Positions 63,478 to 64,000 of a stretch of DNA of 64,000 bases are shown one piece after another. Position 1 is the stretch's first letter, and every line of letters begins with the position of its first letter. The translations under genes and the position numbers were made by a program. This DNA is from Hemiscyllium ocellatum (lineage: Eukaryota): positions 31,185,231 through 31,249,230 of the forward strand of contig NC_083435.1 in the NCBI RefSeq assembly GCF_020745735.1. Reading direction: 5' to 3'. The notes beneath the pieces are model-generated. The model was given only the letters and a program-made list of their open reading frames with translations. It made no database searches and was not told the origin of the DNA.

Positions 63478-64000
63478 CTCCCCTTCTCTCTATATCCCTT
63501 CGCCCCTTACCCTCTCCCTCTCCCTTCTCTCTGCCCCCCTCTCTTCCCTTCGCCCCTTACCCTCCCTCCCTTCTCTCTGCCCCCTCTCTCTTCCCTTCAC
63601 CCCTTTACCCTCCCTCTCTCTTCTCTCTGCCCCCCTTCTCTTCCCTTCGCCCTCCTTACCCTCTCCCTCCCTCTTCTCTCTGCCCCCCCTCTCTTCCCTT
63701 CGCCCTCCTTACCCTCTCCCTCTCCCTTCTCTCTGCCCCCTCTCTCTTCCCTTCGCCCTCCTTACCCTCTCCCTCCCTCTTCTCTCTGCCCCCCTCTCTT
63801 CCCTTCGCCCTCCTTACCCTCTCCCTCCCTCTTCTCTCTGCCCCCCCTCTCTTCCCTTCGCCCTCCTTACCCTCTCCCTCTCTCTTCTCTCTGCCCCCCT
63901 CTCTTCCCTTCGCCCCCTTACCCTCTCCCTCTCCCTTCTCTCTGCCCCCCCTCTCTTCCCTTCGCCCCTTACCCTCTCCCTCCCTCTTCTCTCTGCCCCC
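63478..64000. repeat. Polypyrimidine tandem repeat (about 45-bp unit CCCTTCGCCC(CT)CCTTACCCTCTCCCTC...TCTCTGCCCC)
   Basis: About 11 CT-rich units running to the window end. Confidence 0.9.

Overview
Vertebrate genomic DNA, very likely a shark (many HE1-type SINEs, CR1 LINE 3' fragments, Penelope-type termini), with two assembly gaps (4628-4727, 12585-13021). Genes: (1) SLC39A7/ZIP7 (KE4) on +, six coding exons found (7985-21628); the His-rich first exon is not in the sequenced bases. (2) PIGC on -, complete, 8 coding exons (41933-25156, 312 aa), tail-to-tail with SLC39A7; mammalian PIGC has an intronless CDS. (3) An unrecognised spliced gene on - (about 4198-881) with phase-consistent exons and a ZNF653/ZNF692-N-terminal-like motif. 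(4) A VPS35 retrocopy fragment (about 47170-46830, -) whose first introns are spliced out but which runs into a U12-type donor (GTATCCTTT). Other notable structure: a twin-primed, 5'-inverted Tx1/L1 insertion with a 19-bp TSD inside a SINE; dispersed minimal hammerhead-ribozyme-like motifs in Penelope-type fold-back repeats; a 256-codon frame open directly after the PIGC UGA-C stop; several minisatellites; and a CpG-rich putative promoter near the window end. Exon boundaries were read by hand from splice signals and reading phase. Repeat boundaries are approximate. No database searches were run.
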